From positions 19,592,001 through 19,656,000 of the forward strand of contig CM060733.1 of assembly GCA_030704615.1 (NCBI GenBank): a stretch of DNA of 64,000 nucleotides, read 5' to 3'. The position numbers and the translations under genes were made by a program. The notes below the pieces were generated by a model that was not told the DNA's origin, searched no databases, and saw only the letters and a program-made list of their open reading frames with translations. Below, in pieces: positions 51,834-64,000 of this stretch. The stretch's first letter is position 1. Every line of letters starts with the position of its first letter. The DNA is from Takakia lepidozioides. Taxonomy: Eukaryota; Plantae; Bryophyta.

Positions 51834-54800
51834 TTACAACAGCGAAGGTGCATTAAAGGACAGTCGCCAGAGAGAGTCAATCAAATGCCGCTCCTCTCTT
51901 GCAGCTGCTAAATCTTCTTGGTTTAGCCCCTTGATTTCCTCTATGCGAGTACTAAGAGCATCCTTTAGCTGCGTTTTATCATCTGCTTCCAGGGACGGTT
52001 CACCCCCTCCATTGATCCTAGCTATATCCACCAGACCTTGAAGGGCAGCTTGCCTGACATCAGCATCCGAATTATTGGCCAAATGAGTCAATGACCGGAC
52101 AAACCCTAGCTCTTTTGCTACATTAGCATCTTTGGGATTGTCCTGCAACAAGTACTGCAACAGCTGTAGGGCTTTCCTGCATCAGATGATCCATCACATA
52201 ACATCAGTGAAAAGGGGAATAAATTCAACCCATAAAATTTTGTTCAAAATAACCAAGGACATGCCAAACTTCCAGAGATAAATCATCATAGGACCTCTGA
52301 GACATCAACCCCTTCATGGCCATGCTCCATATAAGGGTACACCGCAGGCTTTCTTGGTAAGTCATCCAAGGATAGCCAGCTGTGAATTTTCTGCCTCGCA
52401 CCCACACTGCGGCTGTGCCACAGAAAAAAGATGCTCTAGAATGACACTATCATATACGGTTGACTTCAGAGGACCCACCTTTGTAACCTAGGATTCTCTG
52501 ACGCAAAGGCATCTCGCAAGCCAGCATACCCATTGCCAAGGCGGAAAGCATCAGTGCCTGCCTTGTTGTCTCGGATCAAGGCTGTAAGATTAAACAAAAT
52601 ATACCCCCGTAGAACCTTCTTAGATGCTAGGTGAGTGTGATTCAAATCCCATCAAGATGGGTCCCTTCCAGCAAAACTCAGCAAAAGCAAAATGAAGTTT
52701 CGTATTCAGCAAGGCTTGCTTGCTGTTGCTGGGAAGAAGGGAATATATCATGTCAGAGAAGATACTCTAGTCTCTACTGAAGAAGATAGTAGTCTTACAC
52801 TACCCAATGTGAGGTATCCACCGGTCAGACTGTATCATGCCATCTGTTACTTGCGCATGTCCGTTTGGGAAGAGACTTTCCAGAGAACAAATCCCGTTCT
52901 AGAGGAGCTGTAGCCATTAAAAATGTGGTTTGCCCACTTCATCAATTTTGTGTGAAGTTGTGACTTCAAACCACTGATATTGGCAAGCAGATGAAAGCTC
53001 AGAGGGGGAAACATGTGGACAATAACATACAAGAAAGGCCACCCAATGCCTTGGTGCGTGCAGTTATATCATCATCTGAGGTGAAATTGGCAAGCAGAGA
53101 CTCGAGGCCCTTAGCACCCATTACTTGTTGCTGGCTCCCTGGGTTGTTTTGGACAACAGTGCTCACAACCTCTGCTGCACGTGCCCGAAGGCCTTCATCT
53201 GGGTTCTTCAAGTAGCCCAGCAGTGGCACCAACCCTCCCACTGCATGCAAATCTGCACAATTGGACCTCAAACAAATGTTGCTGGTTCAACTGATGTAAT
53301 GCAAGAGAGAGAAACTGAACTAGAGTAGCTGGCTATGACTCTTAAAACAGTGTGTCATCTCCAGTGTATCTCTGGTGTTACTTCACGAAACAGTTCAAAA
53401 GACCGTGAGCCAAAGAGGCCTTGGAAAATTAATCATGTATACCATTTGCCATGTCAATCGACTCCACATGCTCCTGGAGCTCCTCCAGCATTCCTGCAGC
53501 CAGACAGCTCGTTCAAGGAAGTTCCAACCTTCATGCACTGGAAAGAATTGTTAACCAACCTCTACATCTATCCACTACACCACCTTCAATGCACTTCATA
53601 GCAGGAACACACCAATACTTTAGACATCTCAGCGTTCCACTCCATCCTCTGCCCTGTCCTACAAAAGAAGGGGCGAGACCCTAGATCAACTTTACTGGTT
53701 TTTGGGGTTGTGGCTAGTGGAGTGGCCCTGGTGTAATATGAGACTAATGCCATAGAAATCCTGAAGAGCATTAGGCTGAAAGATTCCAAATTCTCCTAAG
53801 AAGCCAAACCTGCAACTGCTTGAGACAGGGAGTGGTAAATCATGGGGTCTAGAGTAGTGGTGCTGAAATGAGCCTCATCGTTTCTACATAATCTTCACAC
53901 CAGTCCTACATCAACTATTAACTCCCCTGTAACCCAACCCAATAGTTGTTGACTGCAGAAGTGCTATAGAGATTTCAGGCTAGAGCTCAGCCTGGTGGTA
54001 GAGATAAATCCCTCTCTGTGGTTGCATGTTTGTCTAATGTGTCTCTTTCTAGGTGTCAACATCAAGCTTCCTGCTATGGTGCCTGCACCAGCCCTAATGG
54101 CAACTGTGACCGAATCCTTGGTAGTTAGTGGCTGCCTCTGCTATTGCTATGGCCATTTCGGGCTTTGTCATGGGTCAAAAACCCATGACAGCTTCTGGAG
54201 GGTTTGTTCCAGTAGGCCCGATGACTTAAAGGAGGCAGTATGGCCAGGACCAATTGATGGATGCATCTCATCTGTTTCTTTTACACTCACAGATTGTGTC
54301 CCTCTACTCACCTTCCAGCTCTTTTGACGTGACGCCCTGGGCTTTTAGGACTTCAGGAGGCACATTCAGCACTGTTGAAATTTCCTTCATTCGCTTTAGC
54401 ACATCAACTGTTTGTGCCTGCATCGCATCGTGAAACCACCTCCTTTCCTCCTCACTGCCTCCCACAAGTGTACAGGCCATGAGTATAACAGCAAAGTACT
54501 ACTTGAGAAGCACCAACCGAAAATTCCATGACATCCTTACAACAAAGAAGTTCAGTAATTCTGTGAAAGATTGAAGTCTCTTGTCCGAAATATCCTGCTC
54601 TTTCCAATAGCCTTCATGAGCAGGGATCTAAAACACACCTTCCTACATATATAGGAGCAGAAGTTTGGAAACTTTTGCTGGAGGGAATGTTGCTATTGAC
54701 CGTAATCATCAAACTTTCCTAGACATGGAGTTTCATGAGAGGTTTTTCAGAAATGAAAGAGGATAATGAGGTTATTGACTATCATAAACTGTACACGCCT

Positions 54801-55371
54801 GAAATTTCCAACCTCCACAAACCACGAATGATCTGACCATATGATTGCACCTGTTGGAAAACTCCCTTTCCCTCTCCAGTATATTAGTTTATCGGTCAAT
54901 TACTGCACCCGCTAGTTATGTGGTGCTTACAGAGAACGTCAATCAACAACTGGCGCCCTCTTGCGCTCAGCATGGTGTGGACAATAACAACATCCCGGTG
55001 GCTCTACATTCTCTCTCGTGAATCGTCTTTCAGATCTCTTCCACGCTCTCTCCCCTACGCCCAAGAAGGTTTGAGCAAGCTTCCCCTTCGAAAACTTGGC
55101 ATTGATCTCACCACGAGTCCTTTGATATGCAGAGCATCAACCCCCGTCCCCCCACTCCCCTTCCTCCCCCACCCCCCCTCAGCCAAGCTCTTTCTTGCAC
55201 TCGATTTTCAAAACGTCTCTCCTGTGACTCGTGGGCTTGTCTACCTTGACAATTGTCCGGCCTTCCACAACTTAAAAACCCATACCTTATTTCGCGAGGA
55301 GCTTGAGTGCCATCGCTATTGGCCACACTCCATTTTAAAAGACCTTTCCAGTCCGGCTCCTTCCCCTCCAT
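51834..55371 (-). CDS. FES1: Hsp70 nucleotide exchange factor Fes1/HspBP1 (exons 55286-55371, 54312-54454, 53443-53493, 53031-53252, 52479-52581, 51834-52176), C-terminally shortened
   Basis: PDWKGLLKWSVANSDG, EEERRWF, LQEHVESIDMANDLHAVGGL, VVQNNP, ARM repeats; all six exons are phase-compatible. Confidence 0.9.
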
Positions 55372-56094
55372 TGCAATGCAGTCGATCGCTCTTCTCGTCC
55401 CACTATGGAACACTGTCTGCGTCCGAACCAGAAAGGTCTGCAGTGCACGTCGTTTCGCTTTCCTAGCTTGTACCTGCAACTCAGAAATTTCAGGTGCAAG
55501 ATTGAAGGGTACCTGTGCTGCAAAACGAAGAAACCAGCTCTCCAGAGTCTCCAGAAGCCAAGAGAACTCTCTCCAGGGGGTTTAGAAGATTCCACTTAAA
55601 CAGGGTCTTTAGTCATTACGTCTTTACCTCCGAGCTAGTGTTTCTGTTTTGCTCTTTATTTCAGAAGATCTTTGTTTGAGTTTCAACGCCTTCATGCCAC
55701 AGAGTCATAATTGTTGACTGACTGTTTGGGAGTGACTTATCGCCACATCCACCAATCCACTTGGCATTGATCTCTCCTACGCAGGTAGGTTTCCTGTTTC
55801 CTCTTGTACCAGAAAGTTTCTTTGTGGCGTTCGAATGCCGAACGGGCGGCTTCACTGTCTTCAGTTTACCATGGCAACTTCCAGTCTGCTGGAAACTCCT
55901 AGTACTCTTACTGAGAATTGTGCCTCATTTACAATGCAATGTGGACATCACTGCGAGGTTGGTTGGCTAAGTAACGCTCTGGCTGTATGCATGAGAAAGT
56001 CATGTAGGTATTGATTTGTCAGTGAGAGGGAAGCCCATGTCGGGAGGACCTGCTGAAGGCAATTAAGAGAAACCCTGTGGACTTCCTCAACATA

Positions 56095-56480
56095 AGAATG
56101 TAGTCATAGCACGTTGTTTGCCATAGCCTTGTGGCCATTGACCCTTCGCCCAAATTGGGGGGAACACAAAGGAACAGAAACTACCTTTGTCAGGGGCTGA
56201 CGCCACTAGTATGACTTCCCTTGAAATAGACAATTGATCCGAGTTTTCCGGATATCCTCTAGAAATCCCTTCACATAAGCATCAATCTGCTGTGTGTCAT
56301 TTGCCCAACGACTAGGCCGCAAAAGGGCCTGGGCTTTCTGGCTCCGCCTCGAGATTTTCAAAGTTGGTAAGCAGAGGTACAGAAACCATTCCCTTGATGG
56401 ATATGAAGAGGGTGTCTCTCTGGTGAGAGTACCCAGGACACAGAATCAGAAAGTGAATATTGTCTTCAGGTTGCCCACAC
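56095..56480 (-). mobile_element. Copy of the LINE 3'-end family
   Basis: Reverse-complement homology to 385-636 and 1060-1190, including the TGGCCACAAGGCTATGG tail. Confidence 0.8.
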
Positions 56481-57906
56481 CATCAAGGGAATTGGGAATC
56501 TTTCCTCGACATAAGAAAAGAAGGGAAAGACAGCTAGACAAGTTTTACATCCTGCAATTAACAGCACACTTTAGGGAGAGAAATTGGGGAAAGAAACTGT
56601 TGCCTTCACCCAAGGCCTGGAGAGAGGAGTTCAAGCTTGCTTCTTCTGTGAGAGACAACATCATAAGATTCTCCATACCTGGCATATGCTGCTAAGGTCC
56701 CTTTGAACCCTCTCCCAAAGCCTGGAATTAGAGAGCTTGAGAAATAAGGAAAGAACTCATTGACAATCAGGAGTGGCACCAACACACAGGCCACCAGTTT
56801 GAACTTCATGGGCAGAAAGAAAGCCTATCCAACAACTGGTGAAGCTTCAAAAATCCATTACTCCCAAACACTGAGCTTGTCCTTCCTAGATGTGACACAA
56901 CTACTACGGGAAACACACAGCAAATTCAATTTGTTTTACAGTGTATGACAAGATCTCATGCCATACACTAAATTCAAGAGACTACCTCATCTTCCAGCCT
57001 CAGAAACTGCACAACTGACTACTCTATAGGCACCCCGGCTTCACTGAAAATGACCATCTGATTCATCTCCAGATGTAGTGGCCAACAGTAAGAGTCTATG
57101 AGTAGGAAAATGTTCACAGGGGCCAGTAAAGAGGAGTCACACTCCAAACAATTAGTTGGACATACTCTACAAATCCCTTGATGAGAACTATCTATGCTTC
57201 GAGGCCTTCCCAGAGGGCTCTGATATGGTCTGCAGCCACTGAATCATGAAATGACCAAGTAAGATGTGCCAAGCAAAGATAATTTGACCATCTTCAAAAG
57301 AATGAGGTGGAGCTAAATACCCACCTGCGAAATATTGCCAGAGACAGTATACTTGGACAAACCTGGAATATCAACCCAGTCAGTTGTCCTCTGGAGAAAT
57401 GAAGTTTTCTACAAGGCAACACCCTCAAGTTAAATTCGTTGTTGCAACAAATGTGACCAACATTCGCTGAGTTTCAGTGCCGAGAGCTGGAGGCCTTCTC
57501 AGACAAGCTCCAGTCGAAGAGGTCTGTTGTACTCGTGTTCCATGACAGCAAGCATCTCTGTGCTCAGCATCTGCAGAATTGGTTTGTGGCATGGCTGAGG
57601 AACTGTGCAAATTATTAAAACCCAAACACAGCTGCTGCTTGAAGCCTCCGTAGTACAATGTATCGAAATGGCTCAACCCACATGACAAAGACCCCCGATG
57701 TACTCAAAGTGGATACCTCACATGTAACAGCAATTCTGGAATGTTGGTTGACCATGCTCAATGGTCCTGCTCTGCTCTGTGTTAGACTTTGAGATGAAGT
57801 CAGCAAGATGCCCCTCCTCCTGTTGATACGAACAGCTGTTAACATCAAATGATCGATGTCCTTGCTAGAGCAGCTCTTACCCATGGTGGATTGAGTATGA
57901 TGGGAA

Positions 57907-60900
57907 TCATCTCTGAAGATCCTCTATTACGTCCTTCCACTGCCAAGCTTGCCCTCGCAAGTCTTCCAGGTTGTAGGTTCGGTTAGGCTGCAATCAGAGA
58001 AAGAAAGATGAGTTGTCCAGTCTGTTATTGCAAAAGCCATTAATAACGTCCCTGATGCATTCTTGGAAAATAAGCCCTACTAAGCAAAACAAGAATTCCA
58101 ACATTTGACCATACCTTCTTGCTTTTACCAACTTGTGCAGACCTACATAACAATGCAATGCATCAAATACACTAATCATCCACAAGTGAAATAACATTTT
58201 TCCCGTACCGTTACGATTTTCCATTTGTAGGGGTTCTCTACTTTCACTCTCATCTCCAAAGACCACGGGATCTCTCCTGCAACCGCTAGTCTCACGGTGT
58301 CTACATATATCAACCTTGGTGTATCAATGAGCAGCAGCTGCAATTTCTTCGTCAAAAGATTTCGGTGCTTTTTCACTAGCGATGTGGCCACCAAACTCTC
58401 ACCTGGCTGTAGAAACCTCTTCCTGGAAAGAGGGAGAGAGAATGTACTCATGAGACATTGTTTGCTGAACCCCTGTGGCCATAGACCATGCGCCCAGTTT
58501 GGGCAGAACAAGAGGGAACAGACACTGACTTTGTGAGGGGCTCACTACGGTAGTAGGACTTACCTAGGTATAAACAATTAGTTCGGGCTTTCCAGATCTC
58601 CTCTAGAAATTCCTTCACACAAGCATCAATCTGCTGTGTGTGAGCTGCCCAGCAATTAGACACCGACAGGGCCAGGGCTTTAGGCTCAGCCTCAAGATTT
58701 TGAAAGCTGGTGAACAGAGGTGCAGGGACTATGTTCTCAATGGTCCTGAAGAGGGTTGCTCTCTGATGAGGATACCCCGGACAGAGAGAGAATGTACAAA
58801 TGCATGCACACAGAGAGAGAGCGGCCACATCAGGGTCTCATGTGGCATATCAATTCCATCAAGACGCCACTCCTGTCCTAAATCAAAAAACATCTCCCCT
58901 ATACATCCAAGTGCAGCATGACATGATTGAATATTCATACCACCCCACAGACTGACCATATGACAATCTCCCCCCCGACCGAACTTTACGAATTTCATCG
59001 AGCGAACTCAACTGTATCAGTTGCTGGAAGTGGCACTGACTGTGTGAAGGAAGGCAGTGGAACTGGATCTGAAGGTGCTGGTGACCGTCCATAAGAAGAG
59101 TCTGAAGAGGTTGGACTCGATGAAATGAAGACGGCGCTGGATGACTCACCAGGATTGGCAGACTCACTGGATGAATCACAGATTCCCAGATGGGCAAACG
59201 TGGTACCTAGCATATCCCAATCAGAATCTGCAGACCCTTCGTCACTCTCGTCTGCAGTAGCACTCAATGCCCCACTCCACCACAATAAGTATCCTTCAAC
59301 TGCACTTGTAATGTGAGGTGGTCTTGCATATGGTCAGCCTCTGAAGTTACAATCAAGGCCCTGAATGATGGTAGAAAGCCAAAGGAGGGCTGGATATGAT
59401 TCACCGGAGCACTTGAGAGACTGTTATCGTATGAAGGAATCCCTGGGGATATGTGATGTAAACCTGTCCTTGAGAGGAATAACTTGATTTGTGTGGAAGC
59501 TTCTAATCCTTGATCAGTGGAGAAGGCAATCTCCAATTCTGAGTGCTAACTTTACTAACTACTTGACCTGTGAGAAGGGCTTGAACTGGTGGTCCATGTA
59601 TGCACATACATAAACCCGTGATTCTTGACTCAATCACTTGGCAGAAATATGGACCTACCCAACAGGAGGACCGATGAGAAGGGTAAGTCCATTTCAACTC
59701 TGAAGGACGGAATTTACACATTGATGGAAACAGGATGGAGCATAAAAAGGACTGTTTCTGAACTGTTCATTGCTCAGTTCAACGATACAAGGCAATGCTG
59801 AGATTTCTCACTCTCGTTGGGTACGGGCTAAGTTCTAACTTTGACCTCAAATTGATGTCATGGTTTAGGGTTTCCTGGAGTGAACACATGCCAGACAGAC
59901 GTACCAAGGTGGGTTCCACTACAGGAGTAATCCCTGTGCCATTCTGCTCTCCCTCCCCCTTTTCTGCTGGCCCAGATGGTTGGGAGATCTATGACCACAA
60001 GGCTCCTTCAAGCAACATCAGTCATGGAGACACACCTGGGGCGCTCTTGCCAAGACTGGGGCAGGTAAGCTCCTAAGCCTTGACCAATCAATGCCTGCCA
60101 AAAACGGGTGATTCTTCAATTCGTCGTAGCCCTGTGCCCCAAGTCTTCGGTCTGGTTTCAAGTCCTGCACAATCCCACTTTACAACCATTTCTATCACAA
60201 GGCTACAGAAAAGGAGTTATCAAACCAGAGTGGCATCCAAGATAAAAGGCTAATATTTTGGCATAATATGATGGGTTAGAAAGAGTACATAAGCAGTAAG
60301 AATATGAGAAAAGCTTCTTCATACTCTCCAAAATCTATCTAGAGGAACTGAGGGGCCTATATACAACCTCTGCTACAAGAATATGACCCAAAGATCAGTT
60401 CCAGGGGTCTTAGATTATTGTTTATTTTTATTTTTTTCAAACTAACCAGCAAGCGATCAACCAGGTCTTTGGCTTCGGCAGTGAAATGCGAAGGCATCAC
60501 AAACTCCCGTGCCATCACCTTCTGAAATGTCAAATACTCGGTCCCTGCTTTGAATGGGGGCCTACCATCCAACATCTGGTATATAATGCACCCTAATGCC
60601 CATAAATCCACCCTGCTCCACATGCAAACCCATTTTCAACTGGCTGAACTCATGCTCAGAATTAACTTCAATGTGTAGAGTGGAGATGCAGAGAGAGCAA
60701 CAAAGAAGCAATAAAAGAGACAAACGTATACATGTGTGTGGTTGTGTGTGTGTGTGTGAGCCTAGTAAACTCTGAACAATTGAGGAACCACAGATATAAT
60801 GCCACATCCAAGGTTACCGTAAGAGACGTCGGGCTAAAGCTTCCCACTTTAGACTTTACAAAGTCAGTTCAATAGACCAAAGGGTGAAATGCCGTTTACA

Positions 60901-63014
60901 TACGACAAGTACAAGAAACAGTTCTTACTTTCTTCAAAAGGAGATATAAATGATACACCTGATGGCAATGCAGCTTTAAGAACACCTAAAAGAATTAGAC
61001 AAAAACAACTCCTTACAGCTGCTAGTCTCAGAAACTTGTAAAACTGGCTTAGCCATGTCCAAAATGTTTGACTCAACATGAGGCATTCTTATCATTTTAG
61101 TCCCGGTGTATTCTGGGTGTGAGCAACTGTCAAAAATGTCAATCTCCAAACCTTTTGAGTAAAGAGAGATGACAAGGTCCAAGAGTTAGAAGTACAATCA
61201 AACTCGAAGAGTTTCTGGGAAACGGACTTCATAGCGTCCACCAGAAACCCATAGAGGATAAGCTAGAGGAGAGCTTACGGGAAAGAGAGCCTGGCAGTGC
61301 AGAATAGCAAACATCCACCAAGATTCAAGCCATGTCTGAGGAGAAGAGATGGTAAGGAGATAGTACCCATAATTTACAGGATTGCTGGTAAGTACCTCCG
61401 GGGACACATACTCGGCCGTGCCAACAAAAGTGCAGGTTTTTTCATCTGTACATATATTCTAAGATTGTCAGAAATGTATCAAGAATAGGAACTTTCTTCG
61501 TTCATTCCCCAATGTATATGAGGACCACGCGCACAACATATGCATGTATCTTGTCATCTGAGCAGCATGTGAGAGTGTAAATAAGTTCTAGGAAAGCAAA
61601 GCACCGAAAGCACCAGCAAAGGTATTCTGTGTGCAAAGAAGTGGATGGCTGGATTCATGTTACTCAAAACCTAATAAACTGTATCTAAAGGCTATGCTGC
61701 TCCGGGTTACATCAGTTATGGACTGCAGTAAAACCATACTGTGGCAATTTAGCATCTGCTGGGAGAAGTACAGAAAACGACTATGCCACTCAACCTCAAG
61801 TAGCTCGTCTAAAAATCAGGCCTCCAACTCGTACAAGATATTCCAAGTTTGGACTTGAATATAACAGAAAGAAAACAACATCAAGAAGTTTCTAAGCAGT
61901 TACTCTTCATTTCTTTTACATCACAGAAAACGCTGCTCAGAGACAGAAATCATCAAGCACACTCTAAAAGTGTTCGGATCTTGTTCGCTAAAGCAAAATA
62001 CTTACCCGGATCAGCTTGAAAGAACCCATTTGATAATGGTCTGACCATTTTTGCACTGCCAAAGTCGCACAGTTTCAGGTGCCCATCTGTTGTAAAAAGC
62101 AAATTCTCTGGCTGCCACCCAAGGATGTAGCTGTTCATTGGCAAAGAAATTTGCGGTATAGGGATGAAAGAGTAGAGAGGAAAGCTTTGCAAAGGGCAAA
62201 GAGTGATGTAAGCCCTTTATAGGCTTTCTATGTTGCTTGTTTGCTAACAAACAGATACCATAAGTGCTTCTTCAGGCTTCTTGCCCTCTAATTCCAGATG
62301 CATCTTTCCCAACTGCACAAAAGAGCATTTCAGGAAAAATCAACTGATTCTGGTCTTGCTGGCACCATAGACGCTCTCTCTCTATAAAGTTTCTTTCTTT
62401 CTTTCTCTGGAAGACTGATTCTATTCTTCCATTTCTGTAGTTCTAAGTTATTTTGGCCTCCCCGCATCAGTAATAGACTTATTTCTTCTAGCTTCTCCTT
62501 CTCTCTGGATGTAAGTACATTTCTCTCTCTTCCTCGCCAACTAGTGTTTTCTCGTTAGTGGTGGGTTCTTGTCCTGGCTTACTGTTGACTTCATACAATT
62601 CGTTCATTTCTTCCTTTCTCTCTTATTGAGGATAAAGCTGTAATAACCCAAATTGACCTGTAGACAGAAAACCTTTCAGCCTCGGACCATCAAGCAACAG
62701 CTAGTCACAAACCAGAATTCGGTAGTAGAAAACACCACCAGGTGTGCTTAGCCAAGTGGAAAAAGTGCTCTTCTTTTTCCCATCATCAAGCAACCAGATT
62801 CCCCAAAGAGGAAGAGCTTACCTTGAGATCACGGTGAATCACACCACTGTGCTTAGCCAAGTGGAAAAAGTGATCATCAAGCAACCAGATTCCCCAAAGA
62901 GGAAGAGCTTACCTTGAGATCACGGTGAATCACACCTTGGCCATGAATGTACTCCAAAATGTCAATTATCTCTGCTGCATAAAACCGTGCATCTTCTATC
63001 GACATTTGTCCTTT
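57907..63014 (-). CDS. PDK1: 3-phosphoinositide-dependent protein kinase 1 (5' exons outside the window); kinase exons 62913-63014, 62006-62111, 61367-61445, 60447-60612, 60036-60164; disrupted linker exon ~58957-59290; PH exons 58209-58422, 57907-57987
   Basis: ARFYAAEI..IHRDLKPENLL..DFGSAK, TFVGTAEYVSPE, DLWALGCIIYQML.GRPPFK, PH domain RFLQPGESLVATSLVKK...PRLIYVD. Two in-frame stops precede the PH exons. Confidence 0.9.
58430..58790 (-). mobile_element. Copy of the LINE 3'-end family in the PDK1 intron, abutting the PH-exon acceptor
   Basis: CPGYPHQRATLF..AEPKALAL..HTQQIDACVKEFLEEIWKAR plus GAGTACATTCTCTCTCCCTCTTTCCAG tail. Confidence 0.82.
62743..62936. repeat. Tandem duplication of the PDK1 GVIHRDLK exon end, donor site and adjacent intron
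   Basis: 62743-62845 versus 62848-62936 (14-nt indel); both contain CTTACCTTGAGATCACGGTGAATCACACC. Confidence 0.85.
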
Positions 63015-64000
63015 CTGCGAAAAACATGAGAGTGCGGAACTCATCTTCCACATTTGCCATTACGGAGAAGACATCCATACAGTTGTGCATCTACCTGACA
63101 GGTTTTCAAACTAGGGCTCACTATGGTCCTTAGGAATGCTTCGTCTAGAGTGTGATGTTCCTCCTTACACGGCTGTTAAGACGTCCATGTGCTATGCCAA
63201 AAGTTAGTATGCAGGAGTACTGATCTACCAGGCTTAAATCTTGCCTTGTCCAGCACCAGCAACATATAAAACACAACACAAGACATGGCTTCAAGTAATA
63301 CATAACAAATGCATCTGGCAGGATAAGTTATCAGACAGCACTGGCACGGAACTTCACCATGCAGTTGTTCTATGAAAGTTCCAGGTAACAACACGATCTG
63401 TGTGCAACGCGTCACCACCATGGTAGTGCAGTCATCCCTGGTACCTAACATGTGCTTGTAGTAACTCTGCTTCACAAACCTAAACTTTGACTCAATCATT
63501 GTGATTGCCAAACTCAAAGTGGGCCATGATATCATAATGTGTCAAGCTTCCAGGGTGGACTGCCCCGACTCAGGATAACCATGCAGCTGAAAACAATGGA
63601 ACCCTTCCAATTTTAGAGGCTTGAAGAGTAGCACGGTTGTCAGGCTAAAGTGAAAAAGGCCACATGACCTCTCCACCACTCCAAAATGAAGTGACATACC
63701 CTCCTTATCTGGTCGAATAATTCCCCGCCATTGCAGCATTCAAGCCCCATGTCTGTGGTGTTTTCAAGTCAAGGGTTCTCATCACGGGCTGCACTCCAAG
63801 GCTTTCTTGGTTTGAACAATCAGCTATGCTTTTTCTCACAAGTATCATGCTTCTGCCCAGAACCACAATACATTATGGCCCAGCTTATTTAAGACAATTA
63901 CCAAACTATCACTAAGCATAAGGAAGGTCGTCAATCAATTGTGGCAAACCATCAAGTGAGAACTACTGTACATCCTAGAACTGAAAGAAATCTGGCTGTC

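Noticed and set aside
49812-58997. Nuclear U-to-C editing or readthrough rescuing the premature stops
   Set aside because: U-to-C editing is established only in organelles, and accompanying frameshifts in Fes1 point to ordinary decay.

Overview
Eukaryotic nuclear DNA from a non-seed land plant (bryophyte/lycophyte/fern grade, inferred from PLS/DYW PPR genes and a PDK1 with GTAEYVSPE rather than the angiosperm GTAAYVPPE). Genes, left to right: 3' exons of cytosolic triosephosphate isomerase (+); an SCL32-type GRAS factor (-); a small plastid-type single-TM protein (-); a PLS-E-DYW editing factor (+); a convergent DYW-less PLS PPR whose spliced N-terminus carries an OSB-type PDF ssDNA-binding motif (-); a multi-exon coiled-coil gene (-); intronless mitochondrial ATP synthase subunit g (-); a two-exon orphan fragment of transportin-SR/MOS14 (-); an intronless TBP with an early stop (+); Fes1/HspBP1 (-); and most of PDK1 (-), whose intact PH exons lie behind in-frame stops. 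Mobile DNA includes a hAT MITE, a TTAA-flanked piggyBac-like element, a broken and partly inverted Ty1/copia, a Ty3 RT fragment, a recurring LINE 3'-end family with a conserved stem-loop, and several tandem duplications. The most notable signal is the PDF(OSB)-PPR fusion, which the ORF track misses because an intron splits it. All exon models were built by eye from GT-AG sites and recalled homology; no searches were run.
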